NCBI GenBank assembly: GCA_040905715.1
Contig: JBBDRA010000003.1
Coordinates: forward strand, 395,095-459,094
From: Minisyncoccota bacterium
Lineage (GTDB): Bacteria > Patescibacteriota > Minisyncoccia > Phycocordibacterales > CSBR16-193
Direction: 5' to 3'
Length of the DNA: 64,000 bases
The first letter of the stretch is position 1, and the number at the start of each line of letters is the position of its first letter. Below are positions 46,965-56,041 of this stretch, one piece after another. Position numbers and translations under genes: made by a program. Below the pieces are notes generated by a model. It was not told where the DNA came from. It saw only the letters and a list, made by a program, of their open reading frames with translations, and searched no databases.

Positions 46965-48218
46965 CTATTCAGTAACGTATCGATTTATAATCACCTCGGA
47001 TGCAACCACTTCAACGCTGTCTTCGATGCGATCCGTAAACTCTACCCCTCCTGCCTCGCGTGCTTTTGTGCTCACCACGGCGCGGGACGGAATACCGATG
47101 AGATCAGCATCAGCAAATTTTGCACCGGCCGACACCGCCCGATCATCCCACAGTACTTCCACGCCTAACTGAGTCAGTTTTTGATATAGCGCTTCAGCTT
47201 CGCTCTTCGTTTGCTCGTCATCGCTAAGCTGGATAAGATGCAGATCAAACGGCGCCACCTCCTTCGGCCAGATCATTTCATTTTTGCCTCCAAGTACTTC
47301 AACGATAGCCCCCATAAGTCGCCCTGGTCCGATACCGTATGAACCCATAATAACCGGTCTCTTTTCGTTCGTTTCATCGATATAGGTAAGACCGAACGCA
47401 TCCGAGAATTTTGTTCCAAGACTAAATATATTACCCACCTCAACTGCTGTTACTTTCTCGAGATCATCCTTTAAAAGACCGAGGTCTTTCAAAACATCTT
47501 CTGAGTAGATCTCATCGTTTACGGCTATCTTTCGAGTACGATCTAGGTAGATCGTATCTTCACCGGCGTCCGTGAGTGTTTGAAACTCATGAGAGTACGG
47601 GCTAAAACTACCTCCGGAAGCAGACGTAAAGAACGTCCGCTCCCCAATACCGGCTCGATCAAAAATGCGAATATATGCATTCTTAGCTTCTTCGTAAAAA
47701 GCACTATGCTCTTCTTGCGACCGTGAGAAAGAGTACAGATCCTTCATTAAAAACTCACGTCCGCGCATTATACCGCTTTTCGCACGCTTCTCATTTCGAA
47801 ATTTCGTTTGAAACTGATATACGTATGCCGGCAGATCTTTATATGAATGAATGAATTCGGTCATTAGGTTCGTCAACGGCTCTTCGTGAGTCGTCGCCAA
47901 TCCCACCTCGCCTCCAGCACTCAATGTTGTTTTAAACCAGTTATCGATCACCTCATCGCTCCAGCGCCCGGTCTTCTCCCAAACTCGCTTGTCCTGAAGC
48001 GATGTTAAATGGAGTTCCTGGCCACCGATGCCGTTCATCTCGTCACGGATAATGCCACAGATCCGTTGCAGTACCCGGTACCCTAGGGGGAGATACGCGT
48101 AAGCACCGGCCATCTCCTTGTGAATAAACCCGCTTCTGATAAGCAGCTTAGCATTCTTCGCCGTTTCGTCTTTTGGTGCCTCTTTTCTTGTTTTTGTGAA
48201 TAGTTCGCTCTGTCGCAT
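46965..48218 (-). CDS. proS: Proline--tRNA ligase, short form without the INS editing domain
   Basis: THEE, KFRNE.R..G.MRGREF.MKD.YSF, EVGNIF.LG and MGSYGIG motifs. Confidence 0.96.
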   Translation of the reverse strand: MRQSELFTKTRKEAPKDETAKNAKLLIRSGFIHKEMAGAYAYLPLGYRVLQRICGIIRDEMNGIGGQELHLTSLQDKRVWEKTGRWSDEVIDNWFKTTLSAGGEVGLATTHEEPLTNLMTEFIHSYKDLPAYVYQFQTKFRNEKRAKSGIMRGREFLMKDLYSFSRSQEEHSAFYEEAKNAYIRIFDRAGIGERTFFTSASGGSFSPYSHEFQTLTDAGEDTIYLDRTRKIAVNDEIYSEDVLKDLGLLKDDLEKVTAVEVGNIFSLGTKFSDAFGLTYIDETNEKRPVIMGSYGIGPGRLMGAIVEVLGGKNEMIWPKEVAPFDLHLIQLSDDEQTKSEAEALYQKLTQLGVEVLWDDRAVSAGAKFADADLIGIPSRAVVSTKAREAGGVEFTDRIEDSVEVVASEVIINRYVTE

Positions 48219-48234
48219 ACGGCTCATCTTACCG

Positions 48235-48272
48235 CAAACACCGCACCTCGACAATACGAGGTGCGGTGTTTG
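48235..48272. terminator. Strong hairpin between the ORFan pair and proS
   Basis: CAAACACCGCACCTCG-ACAATA-CGAGGTGCGGTGTTTG. Confidence 0.7.
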
Positions 48273-48298
48273 TACACGAACAAAGTTACATCAACTGT

Positions 48299-48706
48299 TT
48301 ACGCCTGAATATCTGCTCGCCGCCTCAGGATATCATCAAGGGTGATAGACGGAACAAATGCCGGAGCGCTAGTTTCCGAAACAGTCCCATCGTCCGGCTG
48401 CGTCTTTACCTCGCCATCTTCTTCATCCTTACCTGGGCGCTGATCACTTAAAAGACCTTGGAACGCAAGTTCGAGTCCGTGCTCGTTCCAGATATCAAAA
48501 GCCTCACCCTGAAGCTCTTTGCGATCCAAAAATTCAGCAAGATCTATCTCTTCACCACGTTGCTGTTTGTACGTTTGAAAATACTCCCACATAAGTTGGA
48601 AGTGGCGGTCATACTCATTTTGAGGCTCTTCCTCGCCCGCGAGAACATTACGTGTATGCTCGTTTATATCATCTGAACTGAAAAGTTTTGAAGTGGTGTC
48701 GGTCAT
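48299..48706 (-). CDS. Hypothetical acidic protein (paralog of 48783-49118)
   Basis: Shared VLxGExxP...QLMW...QG...W...G...AF pattern; start moved to ATG 48706. Confidence 0.7.
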   Translation of the reverse strand: MTDTTSKLFSSDDINEHTRNVLAGEEEPQNEYDRHFQLMWEYFQTYKQQRGEEIDLAEFLDRKELQGEAFDIWNEHGLELAFQGLLSDQRPGKDEEDGEVKTQPDDGTVSETSAPAFVPSITLDDILRRRADIQA

Positions 48707-48782
48707 ATGAAATATGATAATAATAGCTTTTTCACGTATATAAACTATATCACGAGCATAATTACAGGCGCAACAAACATTA

Positions 48783-49118
48783 CTACGCAGCACGTTGCTG
48801 TTCCCTACTCTCACGAAGCTGCTCAAGTAGGTTATCTGAATCTACTTGGGTCACATTAATATCGGCCGATACCTCTTTATGGAACGCATCAAGCATGCCT
48901 TCCCTTGACCACATCCCAAGAACGGCACCTTGAACCGATTCAAAGTCATCCGGATCAAGAGATTCTCCGGTTACTTTTTCGTAGAAGTGCCACATAAGCT
49001 GAAGCTGAAGTTCGTTACGGGTTTCAGGCACCACTTCTCCGCTTAGCACCTTCGCCAAACGTTCACGTACTCCTTCTGCAGATTCTGCCGATGTGTGAGG
49101 AGGTTGTTCAAGTGACAT
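48783..49118 (-). CDS. Hypothetical acidic protein (paralog of 48299-48706)
   Basis: Same shared motif pattern. Confidence 0.7.
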   Translation of the reverse strand: MSLEQPPHTSAESAEGVRERLAKVLSGEVVPETRNELQLQLMWHFYEKVTGESLDPDDFESVQGAVLGMWSREGMLDAFHKEVSADINVTQVDSDNLLEQLRESREQQRAA

Positions 49119-49135
49119 AGTGAATAGTAGCTACG

Positions 49136-50236
49136 TTACAAAAGATTCAGAATATCATTATACGTCACCGCGATCATCAGGAGAATGAGTAGCGCAAAAC
49201 CAACCAAATTAAGCCCATTGGCTACTTTTGGATTTATCGGTGAGCGCTTAACCGCCTCGATAGCCACCATTACTAACCGACCGCCATCGAGCGCCGGAAA
49301 CGGCAGCAAGTTAATGATCGCCAGGTTTATCGAGATAAGCGCCGTAAACTGAAGAAGGTAGACGAACCCAAGCACGGAAGCGTCACCAACGAGCCCGACA
49401 ATACCCACAGGGCCGGCGACCTGAGAGTAGTCAGCCGCACCGGTGAATGCATCAAAAACAAATACTGAAATACCGATCGCTATAGACTTCGTAAGCTCAC
49501 CCGTGACCAAATACCCCTGCCAGAGTGCCTGGTGCGGTGCAAGTCGCAACGTTCCCATCATACTCATGGTAATACCGACCGCTTGACCATCCTCAATGAC
49601 ACCTTCTGCAGGTTCAATACTCTCGGTCAAAAGCTGATCTCCCCGTTCTATCGAAAAAGCAAGTTCACTATCCGGATTCGATTGAATGAAAGCACTTACG
49701 TCCCCGGGTAACAACGGTGCTTCCAATTGAGTTTCGCCTGAAGAAAGTCCGACAATGACATCACCGGACCGTAAACCCGCCAACTCTGCCGGAGAATCCG
49801 GCGCGACTGTTATAACCATGAGCTCAGGATCGGTTACGGTGCCAAGCGCGTCATACTCCACCGGCGTTGGCTGACCGATCATAAAACCAACTGATATTAA
49901 AAGCCAAGCAAAGATCATATTAAAGGTGACGCCCGCAACTAACACGAGCGCCTGCTTGTACCGCGGCTTGCTGACAAAACTACGCGGGCTACTCTGCGCT
50001 CCGGGGTCATCCGCGTCGTCGTAGTTTTCTCCGAATATCTTTACAAACCCACCTATCGGCAAGAGATTAAGTGTGTATTCAGTCTCTCCGATCTTAAATA
50101 AACGAAGAACTCGAGGCGGAAGCCCGAGTCCGAATTCATCAACTCGAATACCGGATGCTTTTGCAACAATGAAGTGCCCAAATTCGTGCACTAAGATCAA
50201 AAGTGCCAGTATGATTATAAAATAGAGTATGGTCAT
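49136..50236 (-). CDS. rseP: RIP metalloprotease RseP
   Basis: HEFGH, GGFVKI, PDZ domain and NLLPFPALDGG motif. Confidence 0.95.
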   Translation of the reverse strand: MTILYFIIILALLILVHEFGHFIVAKASGIRVDEFGLGLPPRVLRLFKIGETEYTLNLLPIGGFVKIFGENYDDADDPGAQSSPRSFVSKPRYKQALVLVAGVTFNMIFAWLLISVGFMIGQPTPVEYDALGTVTDPELMVITVAPDSPAELAGLRSGDVIVGLSSGETQLEAPLLPGDVSAFIQSNPDSELAFSIERGDQLLTESIEPAEGVIEDGQAVGITMSMMGTLRLAPHQALWQGYLVTGELTKSIAIGISVFVFDAFTGAADYSQVAGPVGIVGLVGDASVLGFVYLLQFTALISINLAIINLLPFPALDGGRLVMVAIEAVKRSPINPKVANGLNLVGFALLILLMIAVTYNDILNLL

Positions 50237-50373
50237 GACGATTTAAATCTCAAATTCCAAGCACCAAATTTCAATGTTCCCAAATATTCCAGCGCGCGGA
50301 CTACTTTGATCTTTGATATTAGAATTAATGATAGTGATTGCTATTTGTAATTTAGTGCTTTTGCTTAATGTAA

Positions 50374-50925
50374 TTACTCAGTAATTTCTTTTTTCTTTCG
50401 TTCCTCCATTTCTTCAAGGCCCTTGTTGGTTTTCTTTACCAGATCTTCCATCTGTTCTTTCAGACGATACTTATCATCTTCGCTAATATCACCATCTTTC
50501 TGTTGATTCTGGATATCGTCCCAAACCTCATCTCGAGCAGTACGCACCGAAACCCGAGCCTCTTCAAGCTTTTGTTTTGAAAGCTTTAAAAGCTGCTCTC
50601 TTCGCTCACTCGTTAATTCAGGAAACGTCACACGCAAACCCTGATCATCCACATTGACCGACAGACCAACGTTTGCATTTTCGATCGCGCTCTCAATAGC
50701 GCTTGAAACACTCTTGTCCCACGGTACGATCCGGATCGTCTTCGCATCTTCGGTTGTTACCGTTGCAACCTGGTTGATCGGCATCTGTGAGCCGTACACC
50801 TCCACTTTTACTGAATCGAGCACGGCGGGTGCCGCGCGTCCAGTACGGATACCTTTGAACTCGCTACTTAGCCAGTCCTCTGCGTCTTGAAGCTGTTTTT
50901 TAAAATCACTAAAATCGTAATTCAT
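50374..50925 (-). CDS. frr: Ribosome recycling factor
   Basis: IRTGRA.P..LD and P.LT.ERR motifs; start moved to ATG 50925. Confidence 0.97.
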   Translation of the reverse strand: MNYDFSDFKKQLQDAEDWLSSEFKGIRTGRAAPAVLDSVKVEVYGSQMPINQVATVTTEDAKTIRIVPWDKSVSSAIESAIENANVGLSVNVDDQGLRVTFPELTSERREQLLKLSKQKLEEARVSVRTARDEVWDDIQNQQKDGDISEDDKYRLKEQMEDLVKKTNKGLEEMEERKKKEITE

Positions 50926-51001
50926 ACGTGAGCGCCTAAGTTTAAAGAAGGGTTTAAGAGAAGTGTTCGTATCATACCAAGGAATATAAATTGGAACAAT
51001 A

Positions 51002-51514
51002 TTACAAAATATCAATAAAGGTCATAACGCCTGCCCAAACCATAACTGCAAGGACAGCTATAAGAAACTGTGAGAAAGCGCCCACCAAAGGCTGTGGGAT
51101 CTCATATTCACTATGGATCCACTCATGAAATGACTGCAACCAGCCGAGTGGCCGAGGAGCCAAAAAATAACCAAACTGAAGCACGTCCGGCAACACGCCA
51201 CCGACAAGACCGGCAACGAGCACCGATGCAAAGCTTGGTGTAAGAACAACGAACGCAAGCACGGCAAGTATACCCAGACCAAAATCAACTCCCAGCTTTA
51301 CACAATCACCGAGAAACGATCGATCGAACACCATTGTCTTGTGAACCACACCGTGACTCTCCGGCGTTCGCTTAGACACAAGCGTATAATCCCAATGCGG
51401 GATCATATCCAGCAAAAAATGACTCGCCACACCAACAGCAACACCGACAACCGGGTCTGTAGTTATCACCGCTGCTGCTGCGGCGCCAACAACTGAATGC
51501 GTACTAAGGATCAT
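51002..51514 (-). CDS. Membrane protein, putative metal-dependent hydrolase
   Basis: TH..VG, SHFLLDMIPH, LPD and FHEWIH residues in a hydrophobic protein. Confidence 0.65.
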   Translation of the reverse strand: MILSTHSVVGAAAAAVITTDPVVGVAVGVASHFLLDMIPHWDYTLVSKRTPESHGVVHKTMVFDRSFLGDCVKLGVDFGLGILAVLAFVVLTPSFASVLVAGLVGGVLPDVLQFGYFLAPRPLGWLQSFHEWIHSEYEIPQPLVGAFSQFLIAVLAVMVWAGVMTFIDIL

Positions 51515-51523
51515 AGGTCACAT

Positions 51524-52228
51524 CTAGAGGCGCAGGGCAATATACTCGAGCAGTAATTTTAATGATGATCCCGGATCATCAAGATACTGTTTATATTTAG
51601 TAATAATTTCCAGTCCGTCTCTGCTTCGCCGGGTAAGAGTGCCATCAGCCGCTCTCAGGCCGGCAAGTACGCGCTCGCAATTATCCACAAGACGTCTGGC
51701 GGCTGTCTTATCCTTTGCCTCGATAATAGGTTTGAGTAGCTCTATCCGCTCAGGCGCACTCGCGCGAAGAAATATTTCAGCGTCAACTCCCCTGCTTGTG
51801 TCTTGTCTCTGGTCACCCAGCTCAGCCAGCGAACCATCAGTCAATGAAATAAGAGCAAGCCTGGAACGGAGAGTCGGCAAAAGACCGTCAGCGTGAGGCA
51901 GGCAGAGAACGAATACGGTTGACTGGGCCGGATCCTCAAACGTTTTCAGTAATGCGTTTTGGGACGCCTGTGGTAAATGATCAGTTTCAATAACAATAAG
52001 TGTTCGCGCTGCAAGAACCGGCTTGCGCGCCTGCTCCTCTCGTATACGTCGCGCTGTCTCTATGGACAGTGGTGACTCGATGTAACGATAGAGATCAGGA
52101 TGACCCTGCGGCGGAACCTCGAATACTTGTTCTATCGCTTGCGCAATACTGTCTCGCACATGACCTCCTTCACCCACCACACAAATAGCGTGATGCTGTG
52201 AAAGAAGTTGAACAAGATTATCTATCAT
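51524..52228 (-). CDS. holB: DNA polymerase III delta' subunit-like
   Basis: HPD, SQNALLKTFEDP and LLPTLRSR motifs. Confidence 0.8.
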   Translation of the reverse strand: MIDNLVQLLSQHHAICVVGEGGHVRDSIAQAIEQVFEVPPQGHPDLYRYIESPLSIETARRIREEQARKPVLAARTLIVIETDHLPQASQNALLKTFEDPAQSTVFVLCLPHADGLLPTLRSRLALISLTDGSLAELGDQRQDTSRGVDAEIFLRASAPERIELLKPIIEAKDKTAARRLVDNCERVLAGLRAADGTLTRRSRDGLEIITKYKQYLDDPGSSLKLLLEYIALRL

Positions 52229-52289
52229 ATACTGCGTACCTATCGCTCCTTATAACGTATAAAAATATAACGAGATCAAAAACAACTCT

Positions 52290-53303
52290 TTATCTTTTAG
52301 CAGCGATCGTTCTCTTGTACATCTCTAGATGTTCCAGTGCAATACCGGTCCCTTTAACCACACACAGCATCGCCTCATCAGCGAGTGCACATTTTACACC
52401 GGTTCTTCTATACACCAACTCCGGTAGATTACGAAGCTGAGATGACCCGCCCGTCATGATGATCCCCCGGTCAATAATGTCAGAAGACAACTCCGGTGGA
52501 GTTTCCTGGAGCACATCTTTGATAGCGTTTATCATCTCCTTGAGTTCCTGATTGATCGCCTTGGTGATCTCGTTCGTCTTGATCTCGACCGAGCGTGGCA
52601 GACCGGAAACATAGTCACGACCTTTGATCGTGATCGAACTCTCTTCATCGAGCGGCACAGCTGAACCGATCTTGATCTTAATATCCTCAGCTGTTTTATC
52701 ACCAACCGCGAGATTGAACGTTTTTTTAATGTAATCAGTTATCGCCGCGTCTACACGATTTCCTGCACACTTCACAGATGTAGAAGCAACAATACCGCCC
52801 AGCGAGATGACCGCAACATCGGTCGTACCGCCACCAATGTCAACGATCATGTGTCCGGCCGCTTCGTGAATAGGAATCCCGGCCCCGATAGCGCTAAGGA
52901 TCGGCTCTTTGACCACGTATGCGTGCTTAGCACCTGCACGAACCGCCGCCTCAACGACGGCCCGGCGCTCGGTTGAGGTGACGCCCGCAGGCACCGACAC
53001 AAGCACCTCAGGTTTAAAGAATGTCCATTTACCGAGGGCTTTGCTTATGTAATAGCGAAGCATTGCCTCAGTCACTCGATAGTCAGCGATCACACCGTCC
53101 TTCATGGGCCGATACGCGATCACGTTATCCGGTGTGCGGCCGATCATGATCTTCGCCTCGTTGCCGACCGCCAAGATCTTATTGTCTTCCTGCGAGACGG
53201 CGACAACCGACGGCTCGTTGAGCACGATACCCTTACCAGGTACGTATACGAGCGTATTTGCTGTTCCAAGATCGATACCAAGTTTTCGAGTGAATAGTGC
53301 CAT
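52290..53303 (-). CDS. mreB: Second MreB/Mbl-family actin homolog
   Basis: DLGTANT, DGVIAD, DIGGGTT and TGG motifs. Confidence 0.92.
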   Translation of the reverse strand: MALFTRKLGIDLGTANTLVYVPGKGIVLNEPSVVAVSQEDNKILAVGNEAKIMIGRTPDNVIAYRPMKDGVIADYRVTEAMLRYYISKALGKWTFFKPEVLVSVPAGVTSTERRAVVEAAVRAGAKHAYVVKEPILSAIGAGIPIHEAAGHMIVDIGGGTTDVAVISLGGIVASTSVKCAGNRVDAAITDYIKKTFNLAVGDKTAEDIKIKIGSAVPLDEESSITIKGRDYVSGLPRSVEIKTNEITKAINQELKEMINAIKDVLQETPPELSSDIIDRGIIMTGGSSQLRNLPELVYRRTGVKCALADEAMLCVVKGTGIALEHLEMYKRTIAAKR

Positions 53304-53540
53304 ACCATTGAGAAGTAAGTATCTAGTATACAGTATTATGGAGTATGGTACCCCTTGCCCCCTTTTTTGACAAACCTGTTCTCAGTGAAGCGGCTTTTCT
53401 ATTCTGTGACACCTCTAACTATTTCTAGAACGTAAACTATAGAGGCGGCATGTCACATCCGTGAGAGGGATATTTAAGGGGATGACAAAAAGTAATATCT
53501 CATATATGATATACTCTTAAATCACTTAACTTCATACGCC

Positions 53541-55064
53541 ATGACATCCCAATCTCAAGAATTTCTTACCCACCTCGGCTCTCTGATCCACCAGCTTCGT
53601 GAAGAGCGTGGGATCACTCAAAAAACCTTTGCTACTAAACTCGGTACGGCCCAAAGCGCAATTGCTCGCATTGAAGCCGGCCAGCAGAACATCTCAACTG
53701 AAATGCTTTCTCGCATTAGCGCCGTACTTGAGCGAGACTTGGTCAACCTCTCCGAGGGTTCTTTAAGTATCCAGATCAACGGAGGCAAGAAATTAAGCGG
53801 CACTATCCCTGTCAAAACCTCCAAGAATGCCGCCGTTGCCCTACTAGCGGCCTCCCTTTTGAATAAAAGCACCACCACTCTCAAAAGGGTTCCGAAGATC
53901 GAGGAGGTTCACCGACTCATTGAAGTGCTTAAAAGTATCGGTGTGAGTGTGGTCTGGAATAACGGCGATCTTACCATCACACCCCCCGAAAAACTCTCCC
54001 TGTCTGATATTGACGCAGTTGCTGCCGGGCGCACGCGCAGCATTATTCTCTTTATCGGCGCTCTCCTTCATCGGAGCAAACGTTTTCGTATCCCTCAGGC
54101 GGCCGGGTGCAAACTTGGCGCGCGCACGATCAAACCACACCTCTACGCTCTCGAAGAACTCGGTGTATCTATCACGACCAAACATGATAACTACACGATC
54201 GAACATAAAGGGCTCTCAAGCGGACGTATCGTGTTATATGAATCCGGTGACACAGTCACAGAGAACGTCCTCATGGCTGCTGCTCTAACGCCCGGCACGA
54301 CCACAATTCGCTACGCTTCTGCTAATTACCAGGTCCAGGATCTTTGCTACTTTCTTGAGACGCTTGGTGTAAAGATCGAGGGTATTGGCACCACAACTCT
54401 TGTGGTTCATGGCATAAAGGAGATCAACACACCGGTCGAATATCACCTTTCTGAAGATCCAATCGAAGCAATGTTCTTTATTGCGGCAGCCGCGGTCACC
54501 CGCTCCGCGATCAAGATAGAACGATGTCCGATCGATTTTCTCGAGCTTGAATTACTCACACTCGAAAAGATGGGCTTCAAGTATACCGCAAGCAAGCGCT
54601 ACAAAGCCGCCAACGGCAAGACAGACCTCGTTGATATTAAAACACGGCCTTCTCGACTGATAGCGCCGAGCGAAAAGATCCACCCACGCCCATACCCGGG
54701 GCTCAATATTGACAACCTTCCATTTTTTGCAGTTATTGCCACGCAGGCCGAAGGTCAGACGTTTATTCACGACTGGGTGTTCGAGAACAGAGCGATCTAT
54801 TACAAAGAGCTCGACAAACTCGGTGCTGACACGATCCTCGGCGACCAGCATCGCTTCTATGTGACCGGACCGACCAAGTTAAAGGCCCAAGAGATCGTCT
54901 GCCCCCCTGCCCTACGACCCGCGGCCATCATCTTAATCGCCATGCTTGCAGCTGAAGGAACATCAACGCTACGTAACATCTACAGCATCAACCGCGGATA
55001 CGAAGACCTTGTAAAGCGTTTGAACAGCCTCGGTGCTGACATTCACTTATTGCGGTCGGTGTAA
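53541..55064 (+). CDS. murA: UDP-GlcNAc 1-carboxyvinyltransferase with an N-terminal XRE HTH
   Basis: LREERGITQ..FA..LGTAQSAIARIEAG HTH followed by KNAA, GCKLGAR and I.RGYE MurA motifs. Confidence 0.9.
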   Translation: MTSQSQEFLTHLGSLIHQLREERGITQKTFATKLGTAQSAIARIEAGQQNISTEMLSRISAVLERDLVNLSEGSLSIQINGGKKLSGTIPVKTSKNAAVALLAASLLNKSTTTLKRVPKIEEVHRLIEVLKSIGVSVVWNNGDLTITPPEKLSLSDIDAVAAGRTRSIILFIGALLHRSKRFRIPQAAGCKLGARTIKPHLYALEELGVSITTKHDNYTIEHKGLSSGRIVLYESGDTVTENVLMAAALTPGTTTIRYASANYQVQDLCYFLETLGVKIEGIGTTTLVVHGIKEINTPVEYHLSEDPIEAMFFIAAAAVTRSAIKIERCPIDFLELELLTLEKMGFKYTASKRYKAANGKTDLVDIKTRPSRLIAPSEKIHPRPYPGLNIDNLPFFAVIATQAEGQTFIHDWVFENRAIYYKELDKLGADTILGDQHRFYVTGPTKLKAQEIVCPPALRPAAIILIAMLAAEGTSTLRNIYSINRGYEDLVKRLNSLGADIHLLRSV

Positions 55065-55124
55065 GAGATCCACCATTGCAATTACCTGTGTTTTTTGAAA
55101 CGATGGGAGCTAACCTATACCGCC

Positions 55125-55949
55125 ATGGTACATACAGACCGTATTCGTGAACAATTGCGTGAGAAGAGAGCATACGTGTGGACTGCTTTCAGCTTTCTCA
55201 TCTTTTTTCTGCTACTCGGTCTTGTTACTGAGACCGGATATCGGATCTTCTCGACATTAGGACTCACAGACGCCGGAACCGTGAAGATCGTTCTGCCGGA
55301 CACAAATATGCAGGTGTACCATAACGATACGTATGTCGATCAGAGCTCAGAGCAAGGCGAGATCATTACGCTCAACAACCTTCCTACCGGCGAGCACAGT
55401 ATTATTGTTGCACGACAAGGATCATATCCTTGGGCAAAAAAATTCAAACTCACGGCCGACGAAACACGTGTTCTTGAGCCGTTTCTGATACGACACAAAC
55501 TCCCCCAAAGAACAGTTGATTCAAGCGCCGATCATTTCGCTGAGCTCGTGAGCGAAGTACAACGAACACAAGTACCGACAAAAGAATCACCGCTTTCTTC
55601 CCCGGATCAACCGGTTTTAGTCTGGGTAGAGAACAATGTGATCCAAGCGCAGTGGGAAGGTGACCTAGATAACGCACCTCACTCATTTTGCGTAGACTCA
55701 GAACAGTGCCTCAAGAGCATTTCTGCACTCCCTTCTGACGAACCTATAAAAAACATCACTTTTTACCATAACCGAAGTGACGTAATACTATTCTCTTCCG
55801 GAAACGGTATCTACGCGCTTGAATTAGTGGCCAGTGGCGCACCAAGCTTTCAGCCGATCTTCGAAGGAACTGACCCGAATTTCATAAAGACCGGAACCAC
55901 TACGATCGCCGTCTTGGACGATGGTCAACTTTTTGAGGTTGGACTCTAA
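55125..55949 (+). CDS. Membrane-anchored PEGA-like domain protein
   Basis: TM helix, then GTVKI...LPTGEHSIIVARQGSYPWAK. Confidence 0.65.
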   Translation: MVHTDRIREQLREKRAYVWTAFSFLIFFLLLGLVTETGYRIFSTLGLTDAGTVKIVLPDTNMQVYHNDTYVDQSSEQGEIITLNNLPTGEHSIIVARQGSYPWAKKFKLTADETRVLEPFLIRHKLPQRTVDSSADHFAELVSEVQRTQVPTKESPLSSPDQPVLVWVENNVIQAQWEGDLDNAPHSFCVDSEQCLKSISALPSDEPIKNITFYHNRSDVILFSSGNGIYALELVASGAPSFQPIFEGTDPNFIKTGTTTIAVLDDGQLFEVGL

Positions 55950-56041
55950 CTACGCTTTACAGAGCGAGATTCTGACCCCCTCCTTTTTCTTTGTGACAAG
56001 CGACGCTTGATACAAAATACGAAATACTAGATACTAGCCAC

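Noticed and set aside
50240-50365. AT-rich short-period repeats (AAATTCC/CAAAT..TTTGAT) between frr and rseP
   Set aside because: Degenerate low-complexity intergenic pattern with no associated gene
53456-53471. 16-bp exact match (CATCCGTGAGAGGGAT) to the tRNA-Glu anticodon arm at 35317-35332
   Set aside because: No other tRNA parts or integrase nearby, and one 16-mer match somewhere in 64 kb is plausible by chance; not called as an att site
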